DNA from: Candidatus Heimdallarchaeota archaeon
GTDB lineage: Archaea > Asgardarchaeota > Heimdallarchaeia > JABLTI01
Reading direction: 5' to 3'
DNA length: 64,000 nt
Assembly (NCBI GenBank): GCA_018238155.1
Contig: JABCTZ010000033.1
Location: 1-64,000, forward strand
Notes under the pieces: model-generated
The model's database searches: none
Told to the model about the DNA's origin: nothing
What the model saw: the letters and a program-made list of their open reading frames with translations, nothing else
Program-made: the position numbers and the translations under genes
Shown here: piece by piece, positions 1 through 12,000 of the stretch
Layout: each line of letters opens with the position of its first letter
How positions within the stretch are numbered: position 1 is the first letter of the stretch

Positions 1-845
1 ATTCTGGTGGAAAGTTGATTATGTCATATTATGATGTTGATAATATTGACACACATTCACTCTGGGGAAAACTTGGTTTCGAGCATGTCTCAGATTTTAC
101 TGATCAACCACCTCTTTTCATTTGGGAAACAACACATCCAATCTTCAATCAACCATTTGATTATAACGCAGTGAATTTTGTCTATGGAATGTCTAAATTT
201 GATGATGGAGACAGATTAACAGTTTTATCTAACGGTATTCCACTGGCAGGCTTGACTGCTACAGAAACTGCAGGAGAAGCAATAATCGTTCTTAGGGATG
301 ATGAACAAACACTTTTCAATAGTTACTTGATCGATGAATTCACGGGAGACATAGATGATTCAACGTATGCAGATAACTTTGAACTCTGGAAGAATGAAAT
401 TGCTTTTATGATGCGACCAAAACTTGAATTCACAATGTCTATCCCTACTAAAGCAACCACAATTGATACTTTGCAAGTCAATGTAAATATTACAAATCAT
501 GGACACACTGAAGCAAGCTTAGGTTTCATTGACATAACTATACCAATTGGTTTGGGTAATACAACTGATGATCTATCTGATGTATTTACTATTTTAGATG
601 GAGAAACTCATACGGCCACATGGACTATTGAAATAGAAGATGTAGGTGATTACACTATAAATTTTGAATCATCCTACCAATGGTATTTAGGCACATTTTA
701 CAGTGTAACTTTTGGGCAAGAAATAACCATTTCATTTTTACCATGGTACATTTATGTTGCTGCAGGAGCAGGTCTTTTACTTCTAATCATCTTGATTATC
801 ACAATTGCTATAGTAATCAAGAAGAAGAAAAAAGCATCTAGTTAG
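1..845 (+). CDS. C-terminal part of a membrane-anchored surface protein with a CARDB/Ig-like domain (5' end outside window)
   Basis: Frame is open back to the window edge (SGGKLIMSYY). CARDB-like VNVNITNHG...GETHTATWTI...GDYTI, then a C-terminal TM helix and KKKKK tail. Confidence 0.7.
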   Translation, partial: SGGKLIMSYYDVDNIDTHSLWGKLGFEHVSDFTDQPPLFIWETTHPIFNQPFDYNAVNFVYGMSKFDDGDRLTVLSNGIPLAGLTATETAGEAIIVLRDDEQTLFNSYLIDEFTGDIDDSTYADNFELWKNEIAFMMRPKLEFTMSIPTKATTIDTLQVNVNITNHGHTEASLGFIDITIPIGLGNTTDDLSDVFTILDGETHTATWTIEIEDVGDYTINFESSYQWYLGTFYSVTFGQEITISFLPWYIYVAAGAGLLLLIILIITIAIVIKKKKKASS

Positions 846-851
846 ATTAAA

Positions 852-882
852 TGGAGGAAAAATCCTCCAATAATTATTTTTT
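852..882 (+). terminator. Hairpin plus T-tract after the surface protein gene
   Basis: TGGAGGA-AAAA-TCCTCCA inverted repeat (852-869) just after the stop codon, followed by a T-rich run. Confidence 0.45.
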
Positions 883-912
883 AAAAAGAATCTAATTTAG
901 CATTACTACTGA

Positions 913-1401
913 CTATTTCTTCTTTTGCCAGTAAGAAATCAATTTAGTTAATAAATTACCTTTTTTGGCTTCACAGATTTTATGTAAAGCGATAAATGCA
1001 ATTCCATCTTCTTTTGCTTTTTTGATTTCAGTTTCAATAATAATATTATTTTGAGGAAATGCTTGCCCTTTAAAACTAATTTCAATTTTTCCAATTTTGT
1101 ATTTCTTTAAATATTATTTAGGCATGCTCTCAATTGCCCATTCAACATACACTCTATTATCCACATGTTCATTTAAATCCAAATCAGATAGTCTAACGGT
1201 AAACTGCACTTTAGAATCTGTTTTCTCAGGAAGAGCAAGTTTCGGATAATTGTAATCTACTGCTCGTAAATCTACAATTGGTAAGTGTGAATATCTCTTG
1301 AGATGATCTACTTGTTTTCGTTTTATAAAATGATAGAGAATTCAACTTGAAGTTGTTGAGCATATTACATCTTTATTTTTATCTAGAATTTGAAATTCCA
1401 T
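913..1401 (-). pseudogene. Acyl-ACP thioesterase (FatA/FatB-like hotdog fold) remnant, 5'-truncated, two in-frame stops
   Basis: Hand translation: MEFQILDKNKDVICSTTSS*ILYH...FTVRLSDLDLNEHVDNRVYVEWAIESMPK*YLKKYKIGKIEISFKGQAF...SYWQKKK*. The DLDxNxHVxN..Y.EW motif is present. TGA at 1342-1344 replaces the expected Trp; TAA at 1114-1116. Absent from the ORF track. Confidence 0.8.
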
Positions 1402-1453
1402 GAGTTAATAGATTAATCACTTTTTTTAAAAGTGTCAAGTGAAAAAGTAACTT

Positions 1454-2281
1454 ATGGCAGAACTAAATATACGATTAGCAAATGAAAATGATAGCAAAGA
1501 TTTAGCTTTAGTGTTCATCGATTCTTTTGGAATTTCGGCAGAAAATAACGAAAAATTGATAGAAAATACTGCAAATTCTTTGAAGCTACGTATAAACAAA
1601 AAAGTATCTGATTTCTATTTAGCCTTTCAAGATGAAAAAGCTGTTGGGTTAGGTGCTGAAACAAGATTTCTCGGGTCATCATATATTGGCTATGTTGGTG
1701 TATTACGCAGTGTTTGGAGACAAGGAATAGGTACTAAATTGTTTCAATTTATATTAAAAGAGGTAGAAAAACACAATCCTACAGTAGAATTATTTGCCAA
1801 TCCTGGAGCAGATAGTGTTTATAGAAAATTAGATTTCAAAGATCAATTTCTTACATACAAGGTCGAATTAACAGCCTCTAAAGAAATTATCATTGAAAAA
1901 GTACAAGAAGAAGAGAAAATACCACAATGGATATTTGATTTAGACAAATCAGCAATGGGATGTGATAGAAGCCATCTATTAGAGTTTTTAATATCAGAAC
2001 CAAAAACATCACTTCTGAGTTTCGAAGATAGAGGATTTATGATTACTACAGAGAGAAAAATCGGACCAGTAATAGTGAAAGATACAAAAGCAGCTTACAA
2101 TCTTCTAAATTATTCACTTGCAACTGGAAAGAAAATTATGCTTGTACCTGACAAACAGTTCCCATATCTAAAACCATTTTCACCTGTTGAAAAACAAAGA
2201 TGTGTAAAAATGATAAAAGAAACAAGATTGAAAAATGATTCCAGTTTAATTTTAGGTTATAATTCCTTTGCTTACAGCTAA
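1454..2281 (+). CDS. GNAT family N-acetyltransferase (tandem GNAT, YitH-like)
   Basis: Acetyl-CoA motif VLRSVWRQGIGTKL and YRKLDF; C-terminal D..AMGCDRS.LL and IGPVI. Confidence 0.8.
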   Translation: MAELNIRLANENDSKDLALVFIDSFGISAENNEKLIENTANSLKLRINKKVSDFYLAFQDEKAVGLGAETRFLGSSYIGYVGVLRSVWRQGIGTKLFQFILKEVEKHNPTVELFANPGADSVYRKLDFKDQFLTYKVELTASKEIIIEKVQEEEKIPQWIFDLDKSAMGCDRSHLLEFLISEPKTSLLSFEDRGFMITTERKIGPVIVKDTKAAYNLLNYSLATGKKIMLVPDKQFPYLKPFSPVEKQRCVKMIKETRLKNDSSLILGYNSFAYS

Positions 2282-2328
2282 AAATAAGCAAATAATAAAA
2301 AAAAAGAGAGAAAAAAGCTGTTTATTAA

Positions 2329-4992
2329 TCAACTTTTTTGCTTTTTAATCAATCTAACAAGGAAGAAAATACCAAAACCTAATACAACAGCTCCAGCACC
2401 AACCAAAGTTCCCCAATTGAAATAATTTCCAAGAACTACCAAGATAGGCGCAGGATTATCAACTGTGAATGCTTTAACTACTTGATAGGTATTTCCAGCA
2501 TTATCCTCTACAATAAAGACAATTGTTTCTTCCCCATCTCCATATAGTGTAGTATCTACACTCAATGATTCTATCATAGGCCCGAAATAAAGTACACTAT
2601 ATGCTGTTAGCATAGAGCCGTTATATGATTGTGTTGGACCAATATTTATTGATAAATTATTGATTCCACTTCCAACATCCAATCCATCTAAGTAAAATAT
2701 CACTTGACCTGTCAGAGCAATATCTTCAGCTGGACCAAAAACACTCAATGTTGGATTGATGTCATCAAGTATTGTATAAGTATAAAACGATCCATAATTA
2801 TCATCAACAATATTGTTTCCAACTGCATCAAATACTTCTACGTAGTAATTGTATTGTGTACCGTAATCTGCATGAGATATTCGTCCACTGAAAATATTTT
2901 CTTCAATTTGTGTAGCTAATAAGGGATACCAGATTGTATCGTTTTGATAATAAATAGCTACTTCAGCAATTTCATTTAGTAAATCACTTGTAGTGACTTC
3001 AATAATGGCATCATCATAGTATGTTGGATTATTTTGTAATGAGACAGAAGCAATTTCAGGAGGTGTATAATCACGGACAAAGTGAATGTCATCAAATAGA
3101 GTCATTACTTTAGCTCCTGCGTTAGTGGAATAGCTTCGAAGTGCAATATCTGTTACAATCAAATTGTCTTTTCCAAAAGCAGCAAACGAGTCACTTGCAA
3201 TGTTCCTAATGAGATTATTCCAAGTACCAGTTGAATTGTAGTTATCTACTTGGATGTAAGCGTTGAATGTACTATTGATTAAAATTGTATTAGAACCTTC
3301 ACCCAGAATGTAATATAGATGATATGTATCATTAAACTGTAGATCAATTGCTGCATAATTATTTGTGTGTGAAGTCATTTCATCCAGTCTCCACCAAAAA
3401 TCAGTGTAGAGATTATTTTCAATAGGTAGGTACATGGATCTATAGACTTGTGAATTGCCAAAACTATTATATGATGAAACATTTGCAGCAAAATTCCCAC
3501 TATGAGCATCTGAAGTTATATTCGTGTACTGTTGGTTACCAATACTATTCCATCCAATAACAGGATCAGTTGGCTGCCAAGCATAATCTAGTTCAAACGA
3601 AGGATCACCTGTAGGATATGTAGTTAAATCAAAATTATCTACTAAAAGTTGAGTTGTTGAATTTTCCTCAACTCCTGCATTAACACGAAATCCTATAGCA
3701 GTTATAGGCATTTCCAATGAATTCATGAGAACAGATAATTCATATAAATCTAGAGAGAATCTTTGCCAAGTATCTCTTGTCCCAAAACCATCTGCAGCAA
3801 AATAGACATTTTCATAATTAGAACCAGTATAATTAGAGGAAGTTACTGTGTCTGTTTCTTGACCAAGGTAATAATAATAGTAATAGTCAAAAGTGTCATT
3901 TGTTGTCATTATGTAAAATTGTGCATGTTGATTTGATCCTCCATTAAACGTGTCTGAGTATTTCCAGTCAAAGTTAAGCATAACATCTCCTGGTTGAAGT
4001 GTTTGAAAACTTTTAGGAAAATCATTCCAGCCCACATATATTGATTTTTCACAATATAGACTACTGTAACCGTTTTCATAAAAGGCTTCAGCTTGGAGAT
4101 CAAGAGCACTTGTTCCTTCAGTATAATCGCTCCTATTTATTGTTACAGAAGCTGGTCCCTCAATATAATTTGACCAGTAATTACCATCACCAGATTCAAA
4201 ATCACCATTATGAATATATTCGTATGCAGTACCATTAGTAATTGATACATCATCGACAATTAATTCGGTAAACCCAGTTGCTTGGGCAGGAGAATATGTT
4301 CTAAAGTAAATAGTTCTTAATTCGAGATTTGGACTAATTGGACCAATGGCTTCCTCGTAATCTTTAGTTACATTTCTACTAAAATGAAACCATGATGAAA
4401 GACTACCACGCATATCAAAATATACATTAGTAGATGAATTAGCATTTAAAGGATTAAATTGTGAAAAATAGTAGTAAAAATAAACATTATTTGTGCCAGT
4501 ATTGAATCGAATATAAGCATAAATCTGACCACCTTCATTCAAATCAGGATTTGCAATTGGATTGTACCAAAAATCGACAGATATGGATTCATTTAATCTA
4601 GTCTCTGAAGGAAAGCCTTGAGAGTTAGAAGATCTTTCAGTAAATTGTGAGGTACCTTTTGCACCCACATAAGCGGAATAGGTTCCGGCATGAACATCAT
4701 CTTGATATGATGAATTAATAACTGAATAGGCACTTCCACTGTAATAGAATTCAGTAGGACCGCCATTCGCAGATTCTTCGTAGAAACCACCATCGGGTAT
4801 GATGTTAGATTTGAGGTATTCCTCTCCTCCTGCTGCATTTGTTTCCCAAAGGTCATCCAATTCTGGATGTGATTGATTGCTATCAATTTGATAAGTTAAA
4901 CTAGTCTCACTTTTATCATTATCTCTAATTAAGATAGGTTGAGCTATCATAACAAATAATAGAAAAACAGTTAGTATTTTTTTAAATTGCAT
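2329..4992 (-). CDS. Secreted, membrane-anchored protein with repeated CBM4/9-like jelly-roll domains and Ig-like domains
   Basis: Signal peptide; repeats beginning DGGFYE / NGDFESG / DPSFE with 'aHSG..aA' and 'lvDDv' motifs; C-terminal TM plus KKQKS; GAGGGTGA RBS upstream. Confidence 0.65.
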   Translation of the reverse strand: MQFKKILTVFLLFVMIAQPILIRDNDKSETSLTYQIDSNQSHPELDDLWETNAAGGEEYLKSNIIPDGGFYEESANGGPTEFYYSGSAYSVINSSYQDDVHAGTYSAYVGAKGTSQFTERSSNSQGFPSETRLNESISVDFWYNPIANPDLNEGGQIYAYIRFNTGTNNVYFYYYFSQFNPLNANSSTNVYFDMRGSLSSWFHFSRNVTKDYEEAIGPISPNLELRTIYFRTYSPAQATGFTELIVDDVSITNGTAYEYIHNGDFESGDGNYWSNYIEGPASVTINRSDYTEGTSALDLQAEAFYENGYSSLYCEKSIYVGWNDFPKSFQTLQPGDVMLNFDWKYSDTFNGGSNQHAQFYIMTTNDTFDYYYYYYLGQETDTVTSSNYTGSNYENVYFAADGFGTRDTWQRFSLDLYELSVLMNSLEMPITAIGFRVNAGVEENSTTQLLVDNFDLTTYPTGDPSFELDYAWQPTDPVIGWNSIGNQQYTNITSDAHSGNFAANVSSYNSFGNSQVYRSMYLPIENNLYTDFWWRLDEMTSHTNNYAAIDLQFNDTYHLYYILGEGSNTILINSTFNAYIQVDNYNSTGTWNNLIRNIASDSFAAFGKDNLIVTDIALRSYSTNAGAKVMTLFDDIHFVRDYTPPEIASVSLQNNPTYYDDAIIEVTTSDLLNEIAEVAIYYQNDTIWYPLLATQIEENIFSGRISHADYGTQYNYYVEVFDAVGNNIVDDNYGSFYTYTILDDINPTLSVFGPAEDIALTGQVIFYLDGLDVGSGINNLSINIGPTQSYNGSMLTAYSVLYFGPMIESLSVDTTLYGDGEETIVFIVEDNAGNTYQVVKAFTVDNPAPILVVLGNYFNWGTLVGAGAVVLGFGIFFLVRLIKKQKS

Positions 4993-5109
4993 TTATTCAC
5001 CCTCTAATATTTACGAAATATTAATACTAATCTTGTATCTCAGTTAGACTCTAAAAATATTTTCAATGAAATATGAGAAAAAATAGAAATTAGAGATTTC
5101 TCTCCAAAA

Positions 5110-6876
5110 TTATTTCAAATACTTTCGGCGTTTTTCCACAGTTACAATGATGAATAGTACAGTTGAACAAACAGCTGCTAAACCAATCATACTACCAACT
5201 ATAGATCCACTTTGTGTTGGTGTGGAAGTGTTTGTTGGAGTGGGGGTCAATGTTGGCGAAGCAACAGGATAATCATCTGGATCTGTGGGGTCTGTTCCTG
5301 CAGCTATTTCATCAGGATCATCAAATCCATCTCCGTCCGTGTCAGCTGAGTTAGGATTAGTAATGAACCCATCTGCTCCTGCTATTACTTCTTCGTCATC
5401 AGTAATGGTATCATCATCGCTATCATCATCGGCTGGATCTGTTGAGTAAGTATAGATTTCTACCCAATCAGTAAGTGAATCTGCATCACTATCTAATGAT
5501 TCGGAATTTGATCCAAAATAACCTTCAGATAAATCATCGATATGGTCTCCATCAAAATCAACTTGACCAACGTTGAAAGTTGAACATTTTTCTCTACTCC
5601 ATAAAGTTCTACCAGAAGCTGTAACATCTGTAAACTCAATTAGAGTTAGATTGCCTTCCAAACTTGGACAAAGAAGTTCTACTATATTGTCATTATCTAT
5701 ATCAATGACTAGTGGTGAATTTGTTATTGCTCCTGTATTTGTTAACTCGAATATCTGATCACCAAGATGAGAGTAACAGTAGATTCTGTTTTGACCTACA
5801 TAACTTTCAACTGTGATAATCTCTAAATCACCATCATTGTCAATATCAGATACTAACGGTTGTGAATCCCCATAAAATAAGAAAGCATCACTCCAAACAA
5901 TAGAGCCATTACTTTTAATACAATATAATATTCCTTGTCCAGCAAAAACATGAAAACCTGGTTTTGTTGCAAGAATCAATATTTCGAGTGCACCATCTGA
6001 ATCTATGTCTGCCACTACAGGTGTTGATATAGTAGAATCATCGGCTAAATTAGTTATTTGCCAATAAACTTCTGTTGTATCACTTACATTTGTGCACTTT
6101 AGTGTATCTGTATCTTCATAGAATAACAATTGACAGATACCAGATCTATTCAAATCAGCAATAACAGGTCGACTAAAACCAAATAGCATTGAAGAAGTAT
6201 CTAGATACACTCCCTCATGAGTAAAATAGATAGGACCTGCTGAAGTGGGGAGGATTATCTCTAATTCTTCAGTTCCTGAATAATCACACACAAGTGGTTC
6301 ACCACCAATGTAATTTGCATATGTTACGTTCCAAAGACTCTCTCCAAGATAATCAACACAATACAAAGTATTTACTGAATCGCTAATCAGAATTTCATAA
6401 TTACTATCAAAATCTAAATCCACTACAACAGGATCGTTACTAATCGCTGTACCAATTCCTGCTTTCCAGATTAATGCACCATCTACATCTAAGCAATATA
6501 CATACCCATCAGTTGAAGCAACTAAAACATCCATAATATTATCATCGTTTAGATCTGCTACAGCGGGACTTGCAATAATATTATCACCTGTTTGGTATTT
6601 CCAAACCTCAGCACCAGTATTACTAATACAATAGACGTAGTCATCATTTGAACCGAAAACAATTTCTAAATCTAAATCACCATTTTGATCAATAAAAGCA
6701 GGTGACGTAAATATTGGACCACCGGTAGTAAAACTCCATACTTCCGAAAAATTAATTGCTTTTGGTTCCAAGTCATTGCTAACTTCGACTCCAGATAGTT
6801 GGTTTGAATATCCAGCAAAGGAAACAAGAAATGAACTCAATAATAGAATTATAAAAAGATAGCTTTTTTTTAACAT
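5110..6876 (-). CDS. Surface protein: FG-GAP/PQQ-like beta-propeller, thrombospondin type-3-like Ca-binding repeats, PT linker and TM anchor
   Basis: Repeated SP.vaDlD.Dg.lEI motifs; DSDADSLTD..E and DTDGDGFDD..E repeats; PTLTPTPT linker; TM plus KRRK. Confidence 0.8.
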   Translation of the reverse strand: MLKKSYLFIILLLSSFLVSFAGYSNQLSGVEVSNDLEPKAINFSEVWSFTTGGPIFTSPAFIDQNGDLDLEIVFGSNDDYVYCISNTGAEVWKYQTGDNIIASPAVADLNDDNIMDVLVASTDGYVYCLDVDGALIWKAGIGTAISNDPVVVDLDFDSNYEILISDSVNTLYCVDYLGESLWNVTYANYIGGEPLVCDYSGTEELEIILPTSAGPIYFTHEGVYLDTSSMLFGFSRPVIADLNRSGICQLLFYEDTDTLKCTNVSDTTEVYWQITNLADDSTISTPVVADIDSDGALEILILATKPGFHVFAGQGILYCIKSNGSIVWSDAFLFYGDSQPLVSDIDNDGDLEIITVESYVGQNRIYCYSHLGDQIFELTNTGAITNSPLVIDIDNDNIVELLCPSLEGNLTLIEFTDVTASGRTLWSREKCSTFNVGQVDFDGDHIDDLSEGYFGSNSESLDSDADSLTDWVEIYTYSTDPADDDSDDDTITDDEEVIAGADGFITNPNSADTDGDGFDDPDEIAAGTDPTDPDDYPVASPTLTPTPTNTSTPTQSGSIVGSMIGLAAVCSTVLFIIVTVEKRRKYLK

Positions 6877-7002
6877 ACAAAATCTCCTCAGTAAATAACT
6901 GCTATTTTATATATTCTAACAATATATAATTATTTTCAAACATAAAAATACGTTTCGACTAGCTAAGAATATAATAAAAAAAGTATTTTTAGAAAGAAAG
7001 CA

Positions 7003-8922
7003 TTATACTTTCTTTCTTTTTACTGATACTATAATTACAATGGTGAGTATCAAAACAAGTGCTCCTCCACCAGCACCTAAAATAATATAAAATGTTGTTG
7101 ACTTGAAGAAATTTTGTACAGTGATTGTTATTGTATCTGAGGTCGATAGACCAACATTATCATATAGAGTTATTTGTACTGTATATGTCCCTGATTCGTC
7201 TAAAGTCAATTCATAAGTCGTAATTGGTGTATTAACGGTAGCTACTAATACAGAGTCCACTTTTACTTCTGCATAATCATATCCCGATGAGCTATCAACA
7301 AAGTTCCAACTGATTTGAACTGTGCCTTGCGCCATTATATGATTGTCTTCTGGTACAGTGATTGTCACTGTTGGATTTGTTGTATCAACATTGATTTGGA
7401 AATGAACAGGGTCTGCTAAATTACTTGCACCATCTAAAGTTGAAATATGAACATACCATGTTCCGTCAGTTAGTGTTGGTGATAAACTACTTACTGCTGT
7501 AAATGAACTACCAGTTGTTGGTATTGATGATGGATTTTGGTCTATTACATAATAATACCCATTAACGCCATTAACGTCAGTTGGGTCATTCATGTTAATA
7601 ATAGGACTTAAGCTAGTATACCATTCTGAAGAGCTTGGATGTGTTGTACTAGTAACGTCTGGTTGATAAACAGTACAATCATAATCTATTGTCAGGAAAG
7701 GATCACCTAAGATAACCATACCGTAAAACCATTCTAAATAATCAGATGGGGATAAGGTTGTTATCGTTTGGAACCAATCTTCGAAAGCTTGACCAATAGT
7801 TTTGTCTAAAGCTAAAGGATCATAGAATGTTGCCCCGCCAAACATACCACCAGTTTTTGAAGATCCAATTACTCCTACTGAACCTGTTCCTGAATAAAGA
7901 TATGTTGTTGCTAAACAATCCGCAGCAATAGTATCTGCTCCAGAACAACAATACAAATTGTAAAAGTTTGCTGCAGGACCTGCTGCATGGATTTGAGCTG
8001 AAGTAACAGTTCCTTCACCAATACCCCCTGGACCAAAATAATGTTGAGCAGGTAATGAACCACTATGAGCTGCAAGATGTACCCATTCATAATTATGAGT
8101 CATCCTAGTCAACCAATCAGTAGCATTTGTTGAAGTTGTGGGTGTATGCATATCTAATCTTGTTGGGTAAGCGTTATTCAACCAAGCTGGCCAATTGTCA
8201 AATGTACCATCTGCCCAAGATTGCCAGTCATCATCGATATAGGTCAGAGCTTGATGGGTTCTAGCATTTGTACCTATACGGTAATTATGAATTTTAGTTA
8301 ATAAATTAACGATATCTTGATCATTAGATAATCCACCTAGCGTTCTTGACGTAGCATCTATTCGTCCCAGATAAATTTCAGGATAAATATCACCGGTTCC
8401 AGCTGAGTGTGAATCATAAATACCATCTGGTTCGGTGTCAACCCATGTGCCATCCAAATCAGTTAAGAATAATTCACATAGAAAAGTTTCAGCTGCCCAA
8501 CCACTTTTTGCCGGATGATAGAATAAAGCAGATGGTAAATTTCCTATTAATACAACACCTGTTATACCAAAATTAGTATGCCAGAGAGAAATTTTATTTT
8601 TCAAAGCTACAACACTAGCAGCTCCATTAGTATCTAACACAACAGTATAACCAGTATAATTCAAATCTTGCACATATTGGTTTATTGCTGCTTGTGCTAC
8701 TGGTACCGCCCAAATAGAAGGGTCAACGATCACTCCTACAGTTTCACCATTATAACCTGAAATCTGTTTTAGTAAGCTTTTAGTGACATTCTTTCCAATT
8801 ATTTCATTATGTGAAGTAATACTCTCTATTGATAACGGAGTTGTAGCACTCGTTAAACTGAGTGAGGAGAGTATTAAAAACGAAAGTATAAGTAGAAGAC
8901 ATTTGGATTTGAATTTAGACAT
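7003..8922 (-). CDS. Peptidase C25 (gingipain-like, clan CD) surface protein with Ig-like domains and TM anchor
   Basis: VVLIGNLP, PEIYLGRI, putative catalytic His (LAAHSG) and Cys (NLYCCSG), ILGDPFL; signal peptide; C-terminal TM plus KRKK. Confidence 0.75.
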   Translation of the reverse strand: MSKFKSKCLLLILSFLILSSLSLTSATTPLSIESITSHNEIIGKNVTKSLLKQISGYNGETVGVIVDPSIWAVPVAQAAINQYVQDLNYTGYTVVLDTNGAASVVALKNKISLWHTNFGITGVVLIGNLPSALFYHPAKSGWAAETFLCELFLTDLDGTWVDTEPDGIYDSHSAGTGDIYPEIYLGRIDATSRTLGGLSNDQDIVNLLTKIHNYRIGTNARTHQALTYIDDDWQSWADGTFDNWPAWLNNAYPTRLDMHTPTTSTNATDWLTRMTHNYEWVHLAAHSGSLPAQHYFGPGGIGEGTVTSAQIHAAGPAANFYNLYCCSGADTIAADCLATTYLYSGTGSVGVIGSSKTGGMFGGATFYDPLALDKTIGQAFEDWFQTITTLSPSDYLEWFYGMVILGDPFLTIDYDCTVYQPDVTSTTHPSSSEWYTSLSPIINMNDPTDVNGVNGYYYVIDQNPSSIPTTGSSFTAVSSLSPTLTDGTWYVHISTLDGASNLADPVHFQINVDTTNPTVTITVPEDNHIMAQGTVQISWNFVDSSSGYDYAEVKVDSVLVATVNTPITTYELTLDESGTYTVQITLYDNVGLSTSDTITITVQNFFKSTTFYIILGAGGGALVLILTIVIIVSVKRKKV

Positions 8923-9057
8923 AATTAATAATTAATACTATTTTCAAATATATATTATTCTATATGTGAAAACAGATGAAATATAATAATTATTGACATG
9001 GAGAGAAGTGAAAGTTCTATCCAAAAGATAAAAAAAAAGTGAATAGTAAGAAAGAAA

Positions 9058-12000
9058 TTATTGTTTCTTTCTTGTTAATGTTAGAGCTAACATTGCAACA
9101 ATGGGTAATAGAACAAGCAACGTAGAATTGCTAGTTGTTTGTGTGAGAACAGTGAACCTATAGAAAGCTCCTTCGTTGTCATCTATTGCGGTATTACTGT
9201 TTCGTGAATCATCTGTTGCAGTGATGTAAAATTCAATTTGACTTCCAACAGCAAATGGACCAATAATTGCTTTGTATTGATCATCTGAAATTAGAAACAT
9301 TGATGTTGTTACCCAAGATCCTTCGTTTATTCTATAGTGAAGAACAACTGAATCGATTTCATTTAGATCACTTACTGTGCAAGTGATATTTACTTGATCA
9401 CTATTAGAAGGTGTATTTGGATTATATTCTATGTCACTAATCGTTGGTGCTGTAACATCACTTGAACTAACTGTGAAAATATAATATGCTCCAGAATTAT
9501 CATCTATAGCTGCATTTTGCGTTAAAAACGAATCTCTTGCAAAGATAGCATATCTTATTTCATCTGCATAATCAAATGCTCCTATTGTTGCTTCATAGAT
9601 ATCTCCAGAAGTACAAACCATACTAACGTTAAGAAATGAAACTTCATTGACACGATAAAAGAGAGTGACATATTGCACACCACTTGGATCAGTTACAGTG
9701 CAGCTTATCGTAATAGTTTCACTATCTGTAGGTGCAATGGGTATTTGTGAAGCATTTTCAATTGTAGGACCATCACTATCACTACCTTCAATGGTGAAGG
9801 AATAGTATGAACCATCATTGTCATCAGTAGCAATATTGTGAGCGATATAATTATCAACAGCAGTAATATAGTACTCTATGAGATCTTCGATTAGAAAAAC
9901 ATCAATAGTTGTTTTATAGGTATCTCCGGAAGTAAGAATAAGGCTTTCACTAGCCCAATTTCCATTATTTACTCTATAATGAAGCATAGCGCTTTGGATG
10001 CCATTTGAATCAATTATTGAACAACTAATAGTAATTGTATCAGTTTCATTAAGGGAAGCTGGATCGTGTGTAATTTAATCTATTGTTGGACCGATGTTAT
10101 CACTCGAGACGATAGTAAAAGTGTAGTAAGAGCCACTATTATTATTAGTAGCAGAATTGTGATTTGGAGAATCATCTACAGCGACAATGTAATATTCTAT
10201 TTCAGAATCATATGCAAATAAGCCTATTGTTACTTCGTATGTATCTCCAGAAGTAAAAGTCATATTGACATCAATCCAGGAACCACCATCAATGCGATAA
10301 TACAATGTGACTGATTGAATACCATTGGCATCATAAACATCACAACTGATTATTATCGTTTCCGTATCATTTGCTGGATTTGGTGTTTGTATAATAGAAG
10401 AAATTATAGGTCCAGTTACATCACTTGAAACGACTGTGAAACTGTAATATGAACCTCCATTGTCATTTGTAGCTGTATTCGGATGAATCGCTGTATCAAA
10501 TGTTATTATAGAATATTCAAATAGATCATTAAAAGCGAATGGTCCCAAAGTCACCTGATAGGTTATACCTGAATCAAAAGCCATTGTAACATTTGTCCAA
10601 GTACCACCATTAAGCCTATAGTATAGAATTACTTCATCAATGCCATTTAGATCTGCAACATCACAGCTAAAAGTAATTGATTCTGCATCTGTTGGTGTTG
10701 TTGGATCATTTTCAACATTAGTTATTGTTGGTGTTGTAGTATCAATTCTGAAATTCCAGACATCACTCCAATCACCCCAATTTTCAGCTGCATCTTTTGC
10801 GCGGACACGCCAATAATAAACACTATCAGTCAAAGCTGATGTAGAATAATCCGTGTCTGTTGTTTCATGATCTATTATTGTACTCAAAAAGTCTAAATCA
10901 TTATCTACTTGCAACTGATAAAGTATTGCTCCAGATTCAGAAGACCATTCCAAAAACGGTGTTGAATCATTGTCAATTGTACTGTTGTTTGGCGATAATA
11001 GTATCAATGTTGCTGGAGATGTAGTATCAATTTGGAAATTCCAGACATCACTCCAATCACCCCAATTGCTAACGGCATCTCGTGCTTGGACTCGCCAGTA
11101 ATAAGTGTCATCAGCTAATATCGAACTTGTATAATTTGAGCCTGTTGTTAGTATATTCATTACAGTCGAACTGAAATCAGTATCATTATCTACTTGAACT
11201 CTATATTCTGTTGCTGAAGACACAATAACACAATCTAAATAGGGTGTTGGATCATTAATTGCGGTTATATTAACGGGTGAAACCAATTGCGGTTTAATTG
11301 GAGCAATAGTATCAATAGTTAAAGACCTGGTATCACTCCAAGAGCCCCAATTGCCAGAGGCATCTCGTGCTCGAACATGCCAATAATATTATCCATCGAT
11401 AAGATGTTGAGAAGCAAATACAGTTCCACTTACAGTGGTGCTTATTACTGGAGAACTGAAACTTGCACTATCATCTAATTCAATATTATATTGTGTTGCT
11501 GAATACACATATAGCCAACTAAAAGATGGTCTTGAATTTTTTATTACAAGTCCATTTGTTGGGAAAAGCAATGTTGGAGCACCTGGTGGTGTTGTATCAA
11601 TAGTAAAAGACCTAGATGAACTCCAAGAGCCCCAATTTCCCAGAGCATCTCGTGCAGAAACTCTCCAATACCAACTTGTAGAACCACTTGGAATAGTTGG
11701 ACATGTATATCCAGTTCCACTAGTTAATACATTCAATCTTGGACTTGAGAATAAGAAAGAGTCATCCACTTGAAGACGATATTCGACTGCAGTTGAAGAT
11801 GGATTCCAATCTAAATATGGTGTATCATCATTAATTACATCCATTTGAGCTGGTGAAACTAAAACTGGTGGGACTGGTCCTTGATTATCAATTGTGAAAT
11901 GCCAAACATCACTAAAGCTCCATGTTCCAAACAAGTCTTGTGCTGATACTTGCCAATAGTATGTATTGTCACTCAATGTTGAGCATTGATAATAATGCTC

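Noticed and set aside
1342-1344. Selenocysteine or Trp recoding of the TGA in the thioesterase frame
   Set aside because: The position corresponds to Trp (TGG to TGA), the frame also has a TAA and lacks its 5' part, and TGA ends other genes; simple decay explains it.
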